Counted from the stretch's first letter, positions 1 to 8,731 are shown. The stretch: 64,000 bases of DNA from Candidatus Iainarchaeum sp. (GCA_028710695.1 JAQTTP010000001.1:11833-75832), one strand, 5' to 3'. Numbers and translations: made by a program. The notes: a model not told the origin generated them from the sequence alone.

Positions 1-43
1 GTATGATAGATAATTAATAAAAAGAATTGGTCTATATTTATAT

Positions 44-934
44 ATGCCTAAACCTTTGAAAATTGGAAGAGAAAGAATTACTTGTGGGAATGAAATTATA
101 TCCCGGAGGCAGGGAAGAAAACTTATCGAACTTATGAGGCGACATCAAGACCATGGAGAAGTAGTTCCGCTATTAAAGAAAGTAGGGCAATATGTAAGAG
201 TAAAAACAGTACAATTTTCAAATCCAGCAAAGTTAATAGTACATAATTCTACCGGATCACTACACAATGCCGCTTTATGGAGTACTATTAAACTGTATAT
301 TTCAAATATCCGAAAAAGGGATCCGAGAACACTTCCTATTCTTTTAAATGAATTGGCAGAAACATTGAGGACCGCAAATGCAAGTATAGATTTAGGAACA
401 GCAAGAATTACTTCTAACAAGAAAGAAAACGGCGCGAATTTACAACTTATTTTGGGGGAGCTAGAGAAAAGGGATGCTTTTGTGTACAAATGGGGAATTC
501 CCGAGATATATGCTCAAAAAGAATCAAACACAACAATATTGGATTTACATTCTCATCCAGAAAGATCTCCTTTTTCTTTGGGGGATTTAACACTTGCGCT
601 AAATCAAGATAATAATGTGGGCATAATAATTCCGCACAGAAATTCATATGAATTAATTGTAATTCCAGGAAAAGCTGGGTTAGAAAAAGCAATTATACTA
701 TATAAAATAAGACTAAACTACATAGAACAAGAAATTGCACGAGGCAGAAGGCCTTTACAAACAGAACTACGTGGAATTACAAATTATTTTTCTTTTTTAA
801 GAACATTTTTACGAAAACAGTTAGTCAGAAAACGGCTCTCTTACGAGGAATACAAAAGAGCAATCACTATTTTAGATACCCCCACAAAAGCATTTAATCT
901 AAAACAATTAAGGGAATTAAATATTGCAAAATAA
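44..934 (+). CDS. hypothetical protein with JAB/MPN-like metal-binding motif
   Basis: 296-aa ORF. HSHPERSPFSLGD fits HxH-x6-S-x2-D, one residue short of canonical JAMM HxHx7Sx2D. Start uncertain: TATA-like ATTTATATAT abuts ATG-44 and the next in-frame ATG is at 134. Confidence 0.45.
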   Translation: MPKPLKIGRERITCGNEIISRRQGRKLIELMRRHQDHGEVVPLLKKVGQYVRVKTVQFSNPAKLIVHNSTGSLHNAALWSTIKLYISNIRKRDPRTLPILLNELAETLRTANASIDLGTARITSNKKENGANLQLILGELEKRDAFVYKWGIPEIYAQKESNTTILDLHSHPERSPFSLGDLTLALNQDNNVGIIIPHRNSYELIVIPGKAGLEKAIILYKIRLNYIEQEIARGRRPLQTELRGITNYFSFLRTFLRKQLVRKRLSYEEYKRAITILDTPTKAFNLKQLRELNIAK

Positions 935-954
935 AAAAAGAAAAAATAAAACCC

Positions 955-1656
955 CTACTCAAATTTAGGAGGGTCTTCAAAATAATATTTTACTGTTGCT
1001 TTTAACAAACCAAGATAAATTGGTTCCTCTTCTTTTCTTAGGCTTGCAAAGTTGATTTTTACAACTGTGTCTTTGTCCTTTTTTTCAATAGAATAATTTT
1101 TTATTTTTTCTTTTGGCAAAGCCGCAGAAATAAATTTTTCTATTCTTTCTTTACCAGTTGGAATTAATTTTAATTTATAATAAACTTCTATTTTGTGGTT
1201 TGCAAACGGAGAATTAAAATCTACTAGAACTCTTCCACCAGTAACACTTTTTACAGTTCCAACTCTGCCATCGGCATTAACTTGTAGCCCAACAAAAGGG
1301 TTAATTTTATTGTCTCTAAAATCGCTAGCAGCAATTACTCTTAGCAATTCTGCTTTTCTTATTCCATATGCATCTTTAGGTTCTAAAACTAGGTAAAATT
1401 CTTCTCCAACTTTTAGAGTTTTTAATTTTTCTTCAGTTTTTCTAAAAGCAGAACCAACACCTTCTAGAACTACTTTTTCACCATTGAAAAACAAGGCAGG
1501 ATTATTTGATTTTACATTACTTTCAATAACTTTTCCAACAGTCAAATCTTTAATGTAATAGTCAACAACATAAATTCCTTTGACTTCTTTCTTAACGTCT
1601 TTTTTTGATTCCACTTTAACACTTTCTTTATTTTCTTCTTGTTTCTTTACTACCAT
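955..1656 (-). CDS. FKBP-type peptidyl-prolyl cis-trans isomerase (SlyD/archaeal long FKBP-like)
   Basis: 233-aa ORF. GEEFYLVLEPKDAYG and VDFNSPFANHKIEVYYKL resemble the FKBP core (DxNHPLAG..L.F.V) with an inserted flap. Confidence 0.7.
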   Translation of the reverse strand: MVVKKQEENKESVKVESKKDVKKEVKGIYVVDYYIKDLTVGKVIESNVKSNNPALFFNGEKVVLEGVGSAFRKTEEKLKTLKVGEEFYLVLEPKDAYGIRKAELLRVIAASDFRDNKINPFVGLQVNADGRVGTVKSVTGGRVLVDFNSPFANHKIEVYYKLKLIPTGKERIEKFISAALPKEKIKNYSIEKKDKDTVVKINFASLRKEEEPIYLGLLKATVKYYFEDPPKFE

Positions 1657-1667
1657 TAAATCACCTA

Positions 1668-3182
1668 TTATTTTTTTACCTTTTTATCATCAACTTCAAT
1701 TCCTTCAGGCCTCAATAAAGGGAATATTACACATTCTCTCATTGGCCTATTCATTAATGTTGCAAATAATCTTTCTGAAACACCAAATCCACATGCCGGC
1801 GGCATACCATATTTCAAGGCTTCAATGAAATCTTTATCATGGTCTTGCGCTTCAACATCGCCTTGTGCTTTTAACTTGGCTTGTCTCTCAAATCTTCCTT
1901 CTTGGTCAATTGGATCATTTAATTCAGAATAACCATTTCCAATTTCGCTTCCAGCAAGGATAACTTGGAACTGTTCAACTTTTCTTGGATCCTCTTTTTT
2001 TCTTTTTGCAAGAGGAGATAATTCAACTGGTTGGCCAACTAAAAATCCAGGGCCAGACAATTGCTTTCTACAATGTTTCCACAGAACATCAATTAATCTC
2101 CATTTGTCTACTTTTGGATCATACACCATACCAAGTTCATCAAGTTTTTTCTTTATTTCTTTTTCTGTTGCTTTGTAAATATCAATTCCTGTTTTTTCTT
2201 TTATAACTTTTTCAAAGTCATATTTTTCCCATTTTTTTGACATATCTACTTTGTAACCTTTTGATTCAAATTTCAATGTCCCTAAAACTGCTTTTGTTAC
2301 TTCTTTATACATCTCTTCAACTAATTCCATTCCGTTGTCATAATTTGCATAGCCCCAATAAAATTCCATTTGGGTATAATCCTGCAAATGCTCCATATCC
2401 ATTCCTTCATTTCTAAATTGCCTACCAAGTTCAAATGTTTTTTCATAGCCGGCAACTAGAAGTCTTTTTTGCCACAATTCACCCATTGAAATACGCAAAT
2501 AAACATTAATGTCCAAAGCGTTATGGTGTGTTTTAAATGGTTCTGCTGATGCACCACCTGCGGAATTCTCAAGCACAGGAGTTTCAACTTCCAAAAATCC
2601 GTTTTTAACTAAAAAGTTTCTAATTGTGCCCCAAAAAATCTGTTTTTTTACAAATAATTCTTTTACTTCTTGGTCCATTATTATGTCCAAATATCTTTTT
2701 CTAAATTTGTCTTCTTCATCTTTTAAACCATGAAATTTATCTGGCAATGGCAAGATAGATTTTGAAAGAATTTGCAATTCATTTGCCAAAACAGAAAGTT
2801 CTCCTGTTTTTGTTTGCATTACTTCTCCCTTAACACCAATTATGTCCCCGGCATCTGTTTTTTTGAACAATGCCATTGTTTTTTCAGGTGTTTCGTCCTT
2901 TTGAAAAATTACTTGAATAAATCCTTTAAAATCTTGCAATTTAACGAAATTTAGCTTTCCAAACTCTCTTTTCGTCATCATTCGGCCAGCAACAACAACT
3001 GTTTTTCCGCTTTTTTCATCATTTTTAAGTTTAGAAAAATCCCCAATAATATCAGAAGTCCAAACACGTTTTCCAGTAATTTCGAACTTACTTGGGAATG
3101 ATTCAATTCCTTCAGCGTTCATATCAGCTATTTTCTTTAGCCTTTGATCAACAATTTGCTGTCCTCTTCCTTTTGATTCCAT
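1668..3182 (-). CDS. lysS: lysyl-tRNA synthetase, class II
   Basis: 504-aa ORF with an N-terminal OB anticodon-binding region. Class II motifs present: FELGRQFRNEGMDMEHLQDYTQMEFY, GSEIGNGYSELNDP, GMPPACGFGVSERL. Confidence 0.95.
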   Translation of the reverse strand: MESKGRGQQIVDQRLKKIADMNAEGIESFPSKFEITGKRVWTSDIIGDFSKLKNDEKSGKTVVVAGRMMTKREFGKLNFVKLQDFKGFIQVIFQKDETPEKTMALFKKTDAGDIIGVKGEVMQTKTGELSVLANELQILSKSILPLPDKFHGLKDEEDKFRKRYLDIIMDQEVKELFVKKQIFWGTIRNFLVKNGFLEVETPVLENSAGGASAEPFKTHHNALDINVYLRISMGELWQKRLLVAGYEKTFELGRQFRNEGMDMEHLQDYTQMEFYWGYANYDNGMELVEEMYKEVTKAVLGTLKFESKGYKVDMSKKWEKYDFEKVIKEKTGIDIYKATEKEIKKKLDELGMVYDPKVDKWRLIDVLWKHCRKQLSGPGFLVGQPVELSPLAKRKKEDPRKVEQFQVILAGSEIGNGYSELNDPIDQEGRFERQAKLKAQGDVEAQDHDKDFIEALKYGMPPACGFGVSERLFATLMNRPMRECVIFPLLRPEGIEVDDKKVKK

Positions 3183-3268
3183 GATAAAAATATTGGGGTA
3201 TAGGATTTATAAATGATTGCTACAAGTAATATATATAATACTTAACTGTAACACTTACTGGGATAAAC

Positions 3269-3676
3269 ATGGAAAATTACGACAAATTATTAGACAAGGC
3301 TTTTGAAAAAATCAAATCTAGCAAAGAAACTGAGGGCCGTTTCGAACTTATAGAACCTGACTCTTTAATTCAAGGAAAAAAGACATTAATTAAAAATTTA
3401 CAAGCAATTGCAAAAAATTTAAACAGAGACATAAACCACATTGCAAAATATTTTGCAAAAGAAACTGGTGCTGTTGGAAATTTGGATGGTGGAAAATTAA
3501 TACTTAATAGTGCAATTTTACAAACAAAAATAAAATTGATTTACAATAATTATCTTGATGCTTATGTTTTTTGTAAACAATGTAAAAAACCAGACACAAA
3601 ATTCCTGACTGAAAAAGGAGCACAAGTAATTAAATGTGAAGCTTGCGGTGCAATGACTTCAGTAAAAAAGATTTGA
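3269..3676 (+). CDS. eif2b: translation initiation factor aIF2 beta subunit
   Basis: 135-aa ORF. C-terminal C4 zinc ribbon CKQCKKPDT...CEACGA and typical aIF2-beta length and layout. Confidence 0.9.
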   Translation: MENYDKLLDKAFEKIKSSKETEGRFELIEPDSLIQGKKTLIKNLQAIAKNLNRDINHIAKYFAKETGAVGNLDGGKLILNSAILQTKIKLIYNNYLDAYVFCKQCKKPDTKFLTEKGAQVIKCEACGAMTSVKKI

Positions 3677-3685
3677 GGTGAATAG

Positions 3686-3997
3686 TTGACAGAAGAAATT
3701 TCAAATGAATTTAGTTTAAAGATGCCAAACCAAAAAAACAACGAGCATTTAGCAATTGTAACTTTACAAACTGGTGCTGAATTTTTAAAAGCAATGTGCG
3801 ACGACAAGATAGAAAGATCTTGTAGAGTTCCTGGAAGATTAAGAAGAAAAATTTGGCTAAGAGAAAATGATGTAGTTATAATAAAAATTTGGGAGTATGA
3901 TCCAAAAAAAGCAGATATTATTTGGAAGTATTACCCACACCAAGTAAAAAGATTAAGAGCAACAGGCGCCTTACAAGGAATAGATATTCCTGAATGA
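3686..3997 (+). CDS. eif1a: translation initiation factor aIF1A
   Basis: 103-aa ORF with S1-like OB core CRVPGRLRRKIWLRENDVVIIKIWEYDPKKADIIWKY. TTG start preceded by GAGGTG (3675-3680). Confidence 0.85.
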   Translation: MTEEISNEFSLKMPNQKNNEHLAIVTLQTGAEFLKAMCDDKIERSCRVPGRLRRKIWLRENDVVIIKIWEYDPKKADIIWKYYPHQVKRLRATGALQGIDIPE

Positions 3998-4024
3998 TTT
4001 AGGCCTTGCAACTATGTGATATTT

Positions 4025-5614
4025 ATGGACGTTAAACCAGTAGTTTCTAAACATTTCAAAGATTACAGCCTAATAAAGCCAAAAAATAAAGGCTTTGGAG
4101 ATTTAACAATTGTAATAAAAGAGCCTGAAGAAAAAAAGATTAAAATCTTGAAAAAAGATCTTGAAAAGTTTGAGGGAATCGAAAAGGTTGAACAAAAAGG
4201 GCTATTTCTAAACATTTTTTACGAACCAATCCCATATTTTTATAATTCTAAAAAAACAAAAAAAGGCAATGTAAAAACAATGATAGAATATTCTCAACCA
4301 AACCCAAATAAAGAAATGCATGTTGGCCACTTAAGAGGCGCGATATTGGGGGAGGCACTAGCAAGAATAGTTGAACAAAGGCAAACAGTAATTAGGGCAA
4401 CATTGTACAACGATAAAGGCATACATATGTCAAAAACAATTTTGGGATATTTAGAAAATAAAAACAAAAAAGAAGATACTCCAAAGTTCATCAATGATTG
4501 TTATACGATTTATTCTAAATTAGAGGAACAAGATGAAAAATATAAAGACCTTGCTCAAGAAATTTTGGTTAAATGGGAAAACAAAGACAAAGAAACTTGG
4601 AAAATCTGGCAGAACATAAGAGATATTTCAATTAAAGGTTTCCATGATGTTTACAGATTGTTAGACATTAAATTTGATGCGGAATATTATGAAAGCGAAG
4701 TTTATGAAGCAGGAAGAAAGGCAGTTCTTGAAAAATACAACGAGGGAATTGTAGAAATTGACAGAAGTGGAAATTATATAGTAAGATTAGATTCTTTACC
4801 AGAAAAAGTTGTTTTAAGGGCAGATAATACGACAATTTATGCCACCGCAGACATTGCACTTACTGAAAAAAAGTTTACTGATTATAATTTAGACAGAAGT
4901 ATTACAGTTACAGATAATGCACAAAATTTATACTTCAAACAGCTTGCAGAAATTCTAAAAAAATTCAAATATAATTTTGGGGATAAATTCGAGCACGTAG
5001 GATATGGCACAGTAACTTTAAAAACCGGAAAAATGAGCAGCAGAAAAGGAAATATAATTACTGTTTTTGATTTTTACAATACTTTATTTGCAGAGGCATA
5101 TAAACAAACAAAAGGAAAGAGGCCAGATTTATCAGAAAAAGAAGTTAATGCTATTGCAGAAGGCGTTACTTTAGCAGCAATGAAATATTACATTCTAAAA
5201 TACGATGCAAAAGTAGATATGGTTTTTGACTTAGAAAAAAGTTTGGACTTAAAAGGTGACACAGGCCCGTACTTGTTGTACAATTATGTAAGAACAAAAA
5301 GTATTATAGAAAAATCAAAAATAAAACCGACAACAATCACAGAAGTATACACAGAAAAAGAAAAAGAAGTTCTAAGAATGCTTTCAGAATTCAATACAAA
5401 AATCGATGACTGTGTTAAGCATTTGACAACACATTTCTTAGCAAAATATTTGTATGATTTGACTTCTTTATTGAATTCTTATTATGAAGAAACAAAAATA
5501 ATTGACAACGATCTCAAAAAAATGAAGAATAGAATTTCTTTGTTGAATGAGGCAAATTCCATAATAAAAGATGGGTTAAATTTATTAGGAATAAAAGTAG
5601 TTGAAGAAATTTAA
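4025..5614 (+). CDS. argS: arginyl-tRNA synthetase
   Basis: HIGH-type motif PNKEMHVGHLRG, an MSSRKG-type KMSK loop, and a C-terminal DALR-like anticodon-binding region. Start moved to ATG-4025, downstream of GTGAT. Confidence 0.9.
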   Translation: MDVKPVVSKHFKDYSLIKPKNKGFGDLTIVIKEPEEKKIKILKKDLEKFEGIEKVEQKGLFLNIFYEPIPYFYNSKKTKKGNVKTMIEYSQPNPNKEMHVGHLRGAILGEALARIVEQRQTVIRATLYNDKGIHMSKTILGYLENKNKKEDTPKFINDCYTIYSKLEEQDEKYKDLAQEILVKWENKDKETWKIWQNIRDISIKGFHDVYRLLDIKFDAEYYESEVYEAGRKAVLEKYNEGIVEIDRSGNYIVRLDSLPEKVVLRADNTTIYATADIALTEKKFTDYNLDRSITVTDNAQNLYFKQLAEILKKFKYNFGDKFEHVGYGTVTLKTGKMSSRKGNIITVFDFYNTLFAEAYKQTKGKRPDLSEKEVNAIAEGVTLAAMKYYILKYDAKVDMVFDLEKSLDLKGDTGPYLLYNYVRTKSIIEKSKIKPTTITEVYTEKEKEVLRMLSEFNTKIDDCVKHLTTHFLAKYLYDLTSLLNSYYEETKIIDNDLKKMKNRISLLNEANSIIKDGLNLLGIKVVEEI

Positions 5615-5621
5615 TTTTATC

Positions 5622-6296
5622 TTAATCAAAAGATATTTCTAAATCTCTTGCAACTCTATCTATTTTCTTTATCATTTCATTTTCAGTATAAACTGTTATC
5701 ACATAATTTCTATGGAAAATAAGTTTCAAATTATGAGATTCAATAACAAAGTTTTTCATATTTTGACTATATGCATATTCAATTAATTTTGGCAAGACAG
5801 TATAGCTAGCTCTCAAATAAGGGCCATCTTTTGCTACCCCCAACTTTTTTACAAAGTCGTCTGTTTTCATGTCGCCAATAAATTCTGGCTTAAAAATATA
5901 ACTTTCTGCAAATCCATCTAAAGATCCCGACAAAAATGCAAATATCTTCTGCGGATCTTGTACTTTATATTTTCTTATAGTTCTGTAGGTTTCTAAAAAT
6001 AGAGCTACTTCTCTCAATTTTAGACTTACACTTGTGATTTGACTTTGTAAATCTATTAAGTCACTATAAAAATTACCGTAGTTTTCTAATAAGGCAGTTG
6101 TTTTTATGATCTGGCCAACTACTTTCTTGTCTTCGTTGCTCAAAGTTGTTTTTGACTTCAATTCATCGAAATATTTATGGACTTCTTGAAAATAAGTGAT
6201 TATGGCTTCCATTTCGCTAAAGGTCTTACGACTTTTAGTTAAATTTTTTTCTATCTTCTTTATACTATCCTTAACTATAGTCTTATCTAGAACCAT
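5622..6296 (-). CDS. hypothetical protein
   Basis: Long ORF with no motif I recognise. Start moved to the ATG preceded by GGTG (track start 6308). Confidence 0.5.
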   Translation of the reverse strand: MVLDKTIVKDSIKKIEKNLTKSRKTFSEMEAIITYFQEVHKYFDELKSKTTLSNEDKKVVGQIIKTTALLENYGNFYSDLIDLQSQITSVSLKLREVALFLETYRTIRKYKVQDPQKIFAFLSGSLDGFAESYIFKPEFIGDMKTDDFVKKLGVAKDGPYLRASYTVLPKLIEYAYSQNMKNFVIESHNLKLIFHRNYVITVYTENEMIKKIDRVARDLEISFD

Positions 6297-6350
6297 TTTA
6301 CACCACATAAAATATAGAAGTAGAGGGCTTTTAAAATTATGCCAAACCGG

Positions 6351-6956
6351 TTACTTTGGGGCATAAGGATTTATGTTCAGGTTAGAGGAGTCAATTTTTG
6401 CTTTAACGGCGTCACCCAAAGCATCAGTGTCAAAGAATAAGTCTAAGAAGTATTTACAGGTATTGTAGCCTGTGTCTTTTGTTGTAGAGATTATTACTTT
6501 GTTGTCATAAAGAATTATTTCATCGATATCATTATTTGAATTATATTCTACAAGGAAATTACTTGCTTTTGCGGCATCACATTCTTCCAAAGTGTAGGAA
6601 AGGTATTGTTTAGTCTTTGAATCATATCCTGCACAAAAAGTTACTTCTTGTTCCTTAACTTTGTAAAGAGATAGAACATTTTTGTCATTTCCGCTTAAAA
6701 CCATACTATAGAGCAGGCTACAACCATACTCATTACCGTTTTTTTCTTGCTCAGAAATATCTGTAAAAAAAGTCCAATCATTGTTATCCACATATTTTCC
6801 CAGAAGTTCTTTAATGTTGCTATCAGATTTAAACATTATCCCTTGCTCGTTTACTTCGTTAATATATTTTTTCTCTTGGGCATAGGCATAATAATAGATT
6901 AATATTGCAATTATTAGAACCAATAGAACAATTATAATGATCTTCTTTTTATCCAT
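6351..6956 (-). CDS. hypothetical N-terminally membrane-anchored or secreted protein
   Basis: N-terminal KKK plus hydrophobic stretch IIIIVLLVLIIAILIYYYAYA. GTGAT SD precedes ATG-6956. Confidence 0.55.
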   Translation of the reverse strand: MDKKKIIIIVLLVLIIAILIYYYAYAQEKKYINEVNEQGIMFKSDSNIKELLGKYVDNNDWTFFTDISEQEKNGNEYGCSLLYSMVLSGNDKNVLSLYKVKEQEVTFCAGYDSKTKQYLSYTLEECDAAKASNFLVEYNSNNDIDEIILYDNKVIISTTKDTGYNTCKYFLDLFFDTDALGDAVKAKIDSSNLNINPYAPK

Positions 6957-7024
6957 AAAAATCACAAAATATAAGATCCCTGTGCCTTTATGGCACTTTT
7001 TTCTTTCTTTTGGTGAGGTTAAGA

Positions 7025-7053
7025 TTTTCTTTCTTTTCCAAAAAGAAAGAAAA
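7025..7053 (-). terminator. perfect 13-bp hairpin with T-tracts just 3' of tRNA-Asp
   Basis: TTTTCTTTCTTTT-CCA-AAAAGAAAGAAAA (plus strand), 5 nt downstream of the tRNA 3' end. The oligo-T arm fits archaeal termination signals. Confidence 0.55.
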
Positions 7054-7058
7054 GGTTA

Positions 7059-7130
7059 CGCCCAAACCGGGAATCGAACCCGGATCGCAACCGTGACAGG
7101 GTTGCATCATAGCCATTAGACCATTTGGGC
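7059..7130 (-). tRNA. tRNA-Asp (GTC)
   Basis: 72 nt. Acceptor GCCCAAA/TTTGGGC, anticodon arm CAACC-CTGTCAC-GGTTG, T arm CCGGG-TTCGATT-CCCGG, discriminator G, no encoded CCA. Confidence 0.9.
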
Positions 7131-7200
7131 CCGGGATTTTTAAAAAAAATCCTAGGTTGGCAAAAAGACCATATCTTCGCGACAAGTCGCTTGATATTCC
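7131..7200 (-). promoter_or_regulatory. conserved structured 5' flank (candidate transcribed leader) of tRNA-Asp
   Basis: Near-identical to 18459-18518 upstream of tRNA-Gly. Two hairpins plus a conserved linker. A TATA-like TTTTTTATATAC lies about 25 nt upstream of the block. Confidence 0.5.
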
Positions 7201-7299
7201 AGATTACCTAGAAAAGGTAAAGTATATAAAAAATATTTTCCTATGAATCTGTTTTTAAAGGTTATCTATGTCTTTCTTGGTTTTTACCCCTATTTGCAT

Positions 7300-7869
7300 C
7301 TATTTAACTATATAATAGACTCCTGCTAAAAAGCCACCACTAAGAGCAGTAATCAACTGAATTAGGCTCATAGGCAACAACATGGCTTGCGGGACAATGC
7401 TAAATGTAACAAATAGAATAGTTACCACAAAAAGCAGAGCAGACTTTGCTGTGCCACCCAAAAACACAGTTAAGAAATAATTTTTGCTTTTTAAAACTTT
7501 AAAAGTTCGAATTATATAAACAAACAAAAAGTTTGATGCCCAAATAAAAGGCATTAAATAAATAAGATATATTGATAATGGCCCAAAAACAATTCCTGAA
7601 ATCATAGTTCCAAAAGCAGGGAGCAATATAACTGGAAGAATTTTTTTATATTCGTAGTTTAAGGCACAATATGCCAATGCAGCATTTACTACTGTTCCAA
7701 TTAATAATTGATTTGGAAAAAAAGTAATTTTACTAAAAAATATTGGCACAAAAAAGGCAATACAAGCCATAAAAAGCAGGTCAATTTTTTCAGATTTAAA
7801 AAATTTGAAATAAGAATTAGTATCCTTGTACAAAAATTGATATTTGTATTTTCTAAGCAATTTGTGCAT
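7300..7869 (-). CDS. multi-pass membrane protein (possibly ECF S-component-like)
   Basis: 189-aa ORF with about 5-6 hydrophobic helices. NQLLIGTVVNAAL loosely resembles vitamin-transporter S components. Family assignment is weak. Confidence 0.5.
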   Translation of the reverse strand: MHKLLRKYKYQFLYKDTNSYFKFFKSEKIDLLFMACIAFFVPIFFSKITFFPNQLLIGTVVNAALAYCALNYEYKKILPVILLPAFGTMISGIVFGPLSIYLIYLMPFIWASNFLFVYIIRTFKVLKSKNYFLTVFLGGTAKSALLFVVTILFVTFSIVPQAMLLPMSLIQLITALSGGFLAGVYYIVK

Positions 7870-7900
7870 AAAGTATATTACTCATTGCATATTTAAAAGA

Positions 7901-8731
7901 TTATCTTATTTCCATATTTCCTGATGGTAATTGTTTTACAAAGTCGTCCAAAGTCAGATATTTTGCATCATTTGTTTTTAGGAATCCAAAGAATTTGGAG
8001 TTCAATTTTTTGGCAGCATCCCCTTTTTTTAATCTTCCTTGTAAAACTTGCAAAATTTCTGTTTTTGCATTTTTCTTTACTGCAGATTCGGATCCAGAAA
8101 ATGGCAGATAAATTTTTTCAGATTCAAAAAACTTTGAAATATCTAACAATGAAAAAGATAGCCTAAGATCCATACTTTTATACCACTTTCTTTCGCCCCT
8201 TATTACAAATGATCCTTTTGGCAAATATTCTCCGGGCCCAGGGGTTTTTGAAACTTGGTCCGGGCTAATAGAATAAACATCTATTGATCCAAATCCTTCT
8301 TTCCAAGCTTTAGAAAAACAGCCAGCAAATAAAGCGGCATCATTAAGATCAACTTCTTTTGCTTTGGAACCGCCTTTTAGCAAAACAAAGGCAGCACCTT
8401 GTATGTTTGTGTGGAACGCAACATCATCTTTTTCAAGATATTTTTTTATTAGAAGTTCGTTTGTTGTTGAATCTCTACCCGCCACAATTAGATGCCCGTT
8501 AGTGGAAATACTCCAATAAAATTTTTCAAACCAAAACATAGTTCTTTTTGCTTTAGCAATGGATTTTTCTTTAGTTATGGAGCTTTTTGCATTTTCTGTG
8601 CGTAGCTTTTTTTCTAGGTCCGCTCTAGCCACAAGTGCAGATTCTGACTTCTTTTTGTTCTTTTTAGAAGAAAGATAATATTCCTGCGCGCTTTTGTAAA
8701 CTGAATCGTAAAGGCCAATTTCAATATCCAT
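7901..8731 (-). CDS. NFACT/Rqc2-family protein, C-terminal half (NFACT-R/DUF814)
   Basis: FWFEKFYWSISTNGHLIVAGRDSTTNELLIKKYLEKDDVAFHTNIQGAAFVLLKG matches the DUF814 pattern (w.ssdG..i.vGrn..qNe.L......D.wfHa...pG..vvlk). Confidence 0.75.
   Translation of the reverse strand: MDIEIGLYDSVYKSAQEYYLSSKKNKKKSESALVARADLEKKLRTENAKSSITKEKSIAKAKRTMFWFEKFYWSISTNGHLIVAGRDSTTNELLIKKYLEKDDVAFHTNIQGAAFVLLKGGSKAKEVDLNDAALFAGCFSKAWKEGFGSIDVYSISPDQVSKTPGPGEYLPKGSFVIRGERKWYKSMDLRLSFSLLDISKFFESEKIYLPFSGSESAVKKNAKTEILQVLQGRLKKGDAAKKLNSKFFGFLKTNDAKYLTLDDFVKQLPSGNMEIR

Noticed and set aside
3674-3997. Possible stop-codon reassignment
   Set aside because: TGA terminates aIF2-beta and aIF1A at the expected protein lengths. 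TAA and TAG terminate other conserved genes. There is no sign of a non-standard code.
6937-7185. Track ORFs 6937..7119 (+) and 6988..7185 (-) overlapping tRNA-Asp
   Set aside because: They read through the tRNA gene and its low-complexity hairpins. The tRNA explains the conserved sequence.
7131-7200. C/D-box or H/ACA sRNA co-transcribed upstream of tRNA-Asp and tRNA-Gly
   Set aside because: The conserved block contains no RUGAUGA (C box) or CUGA (D box) pair and no ACA box.
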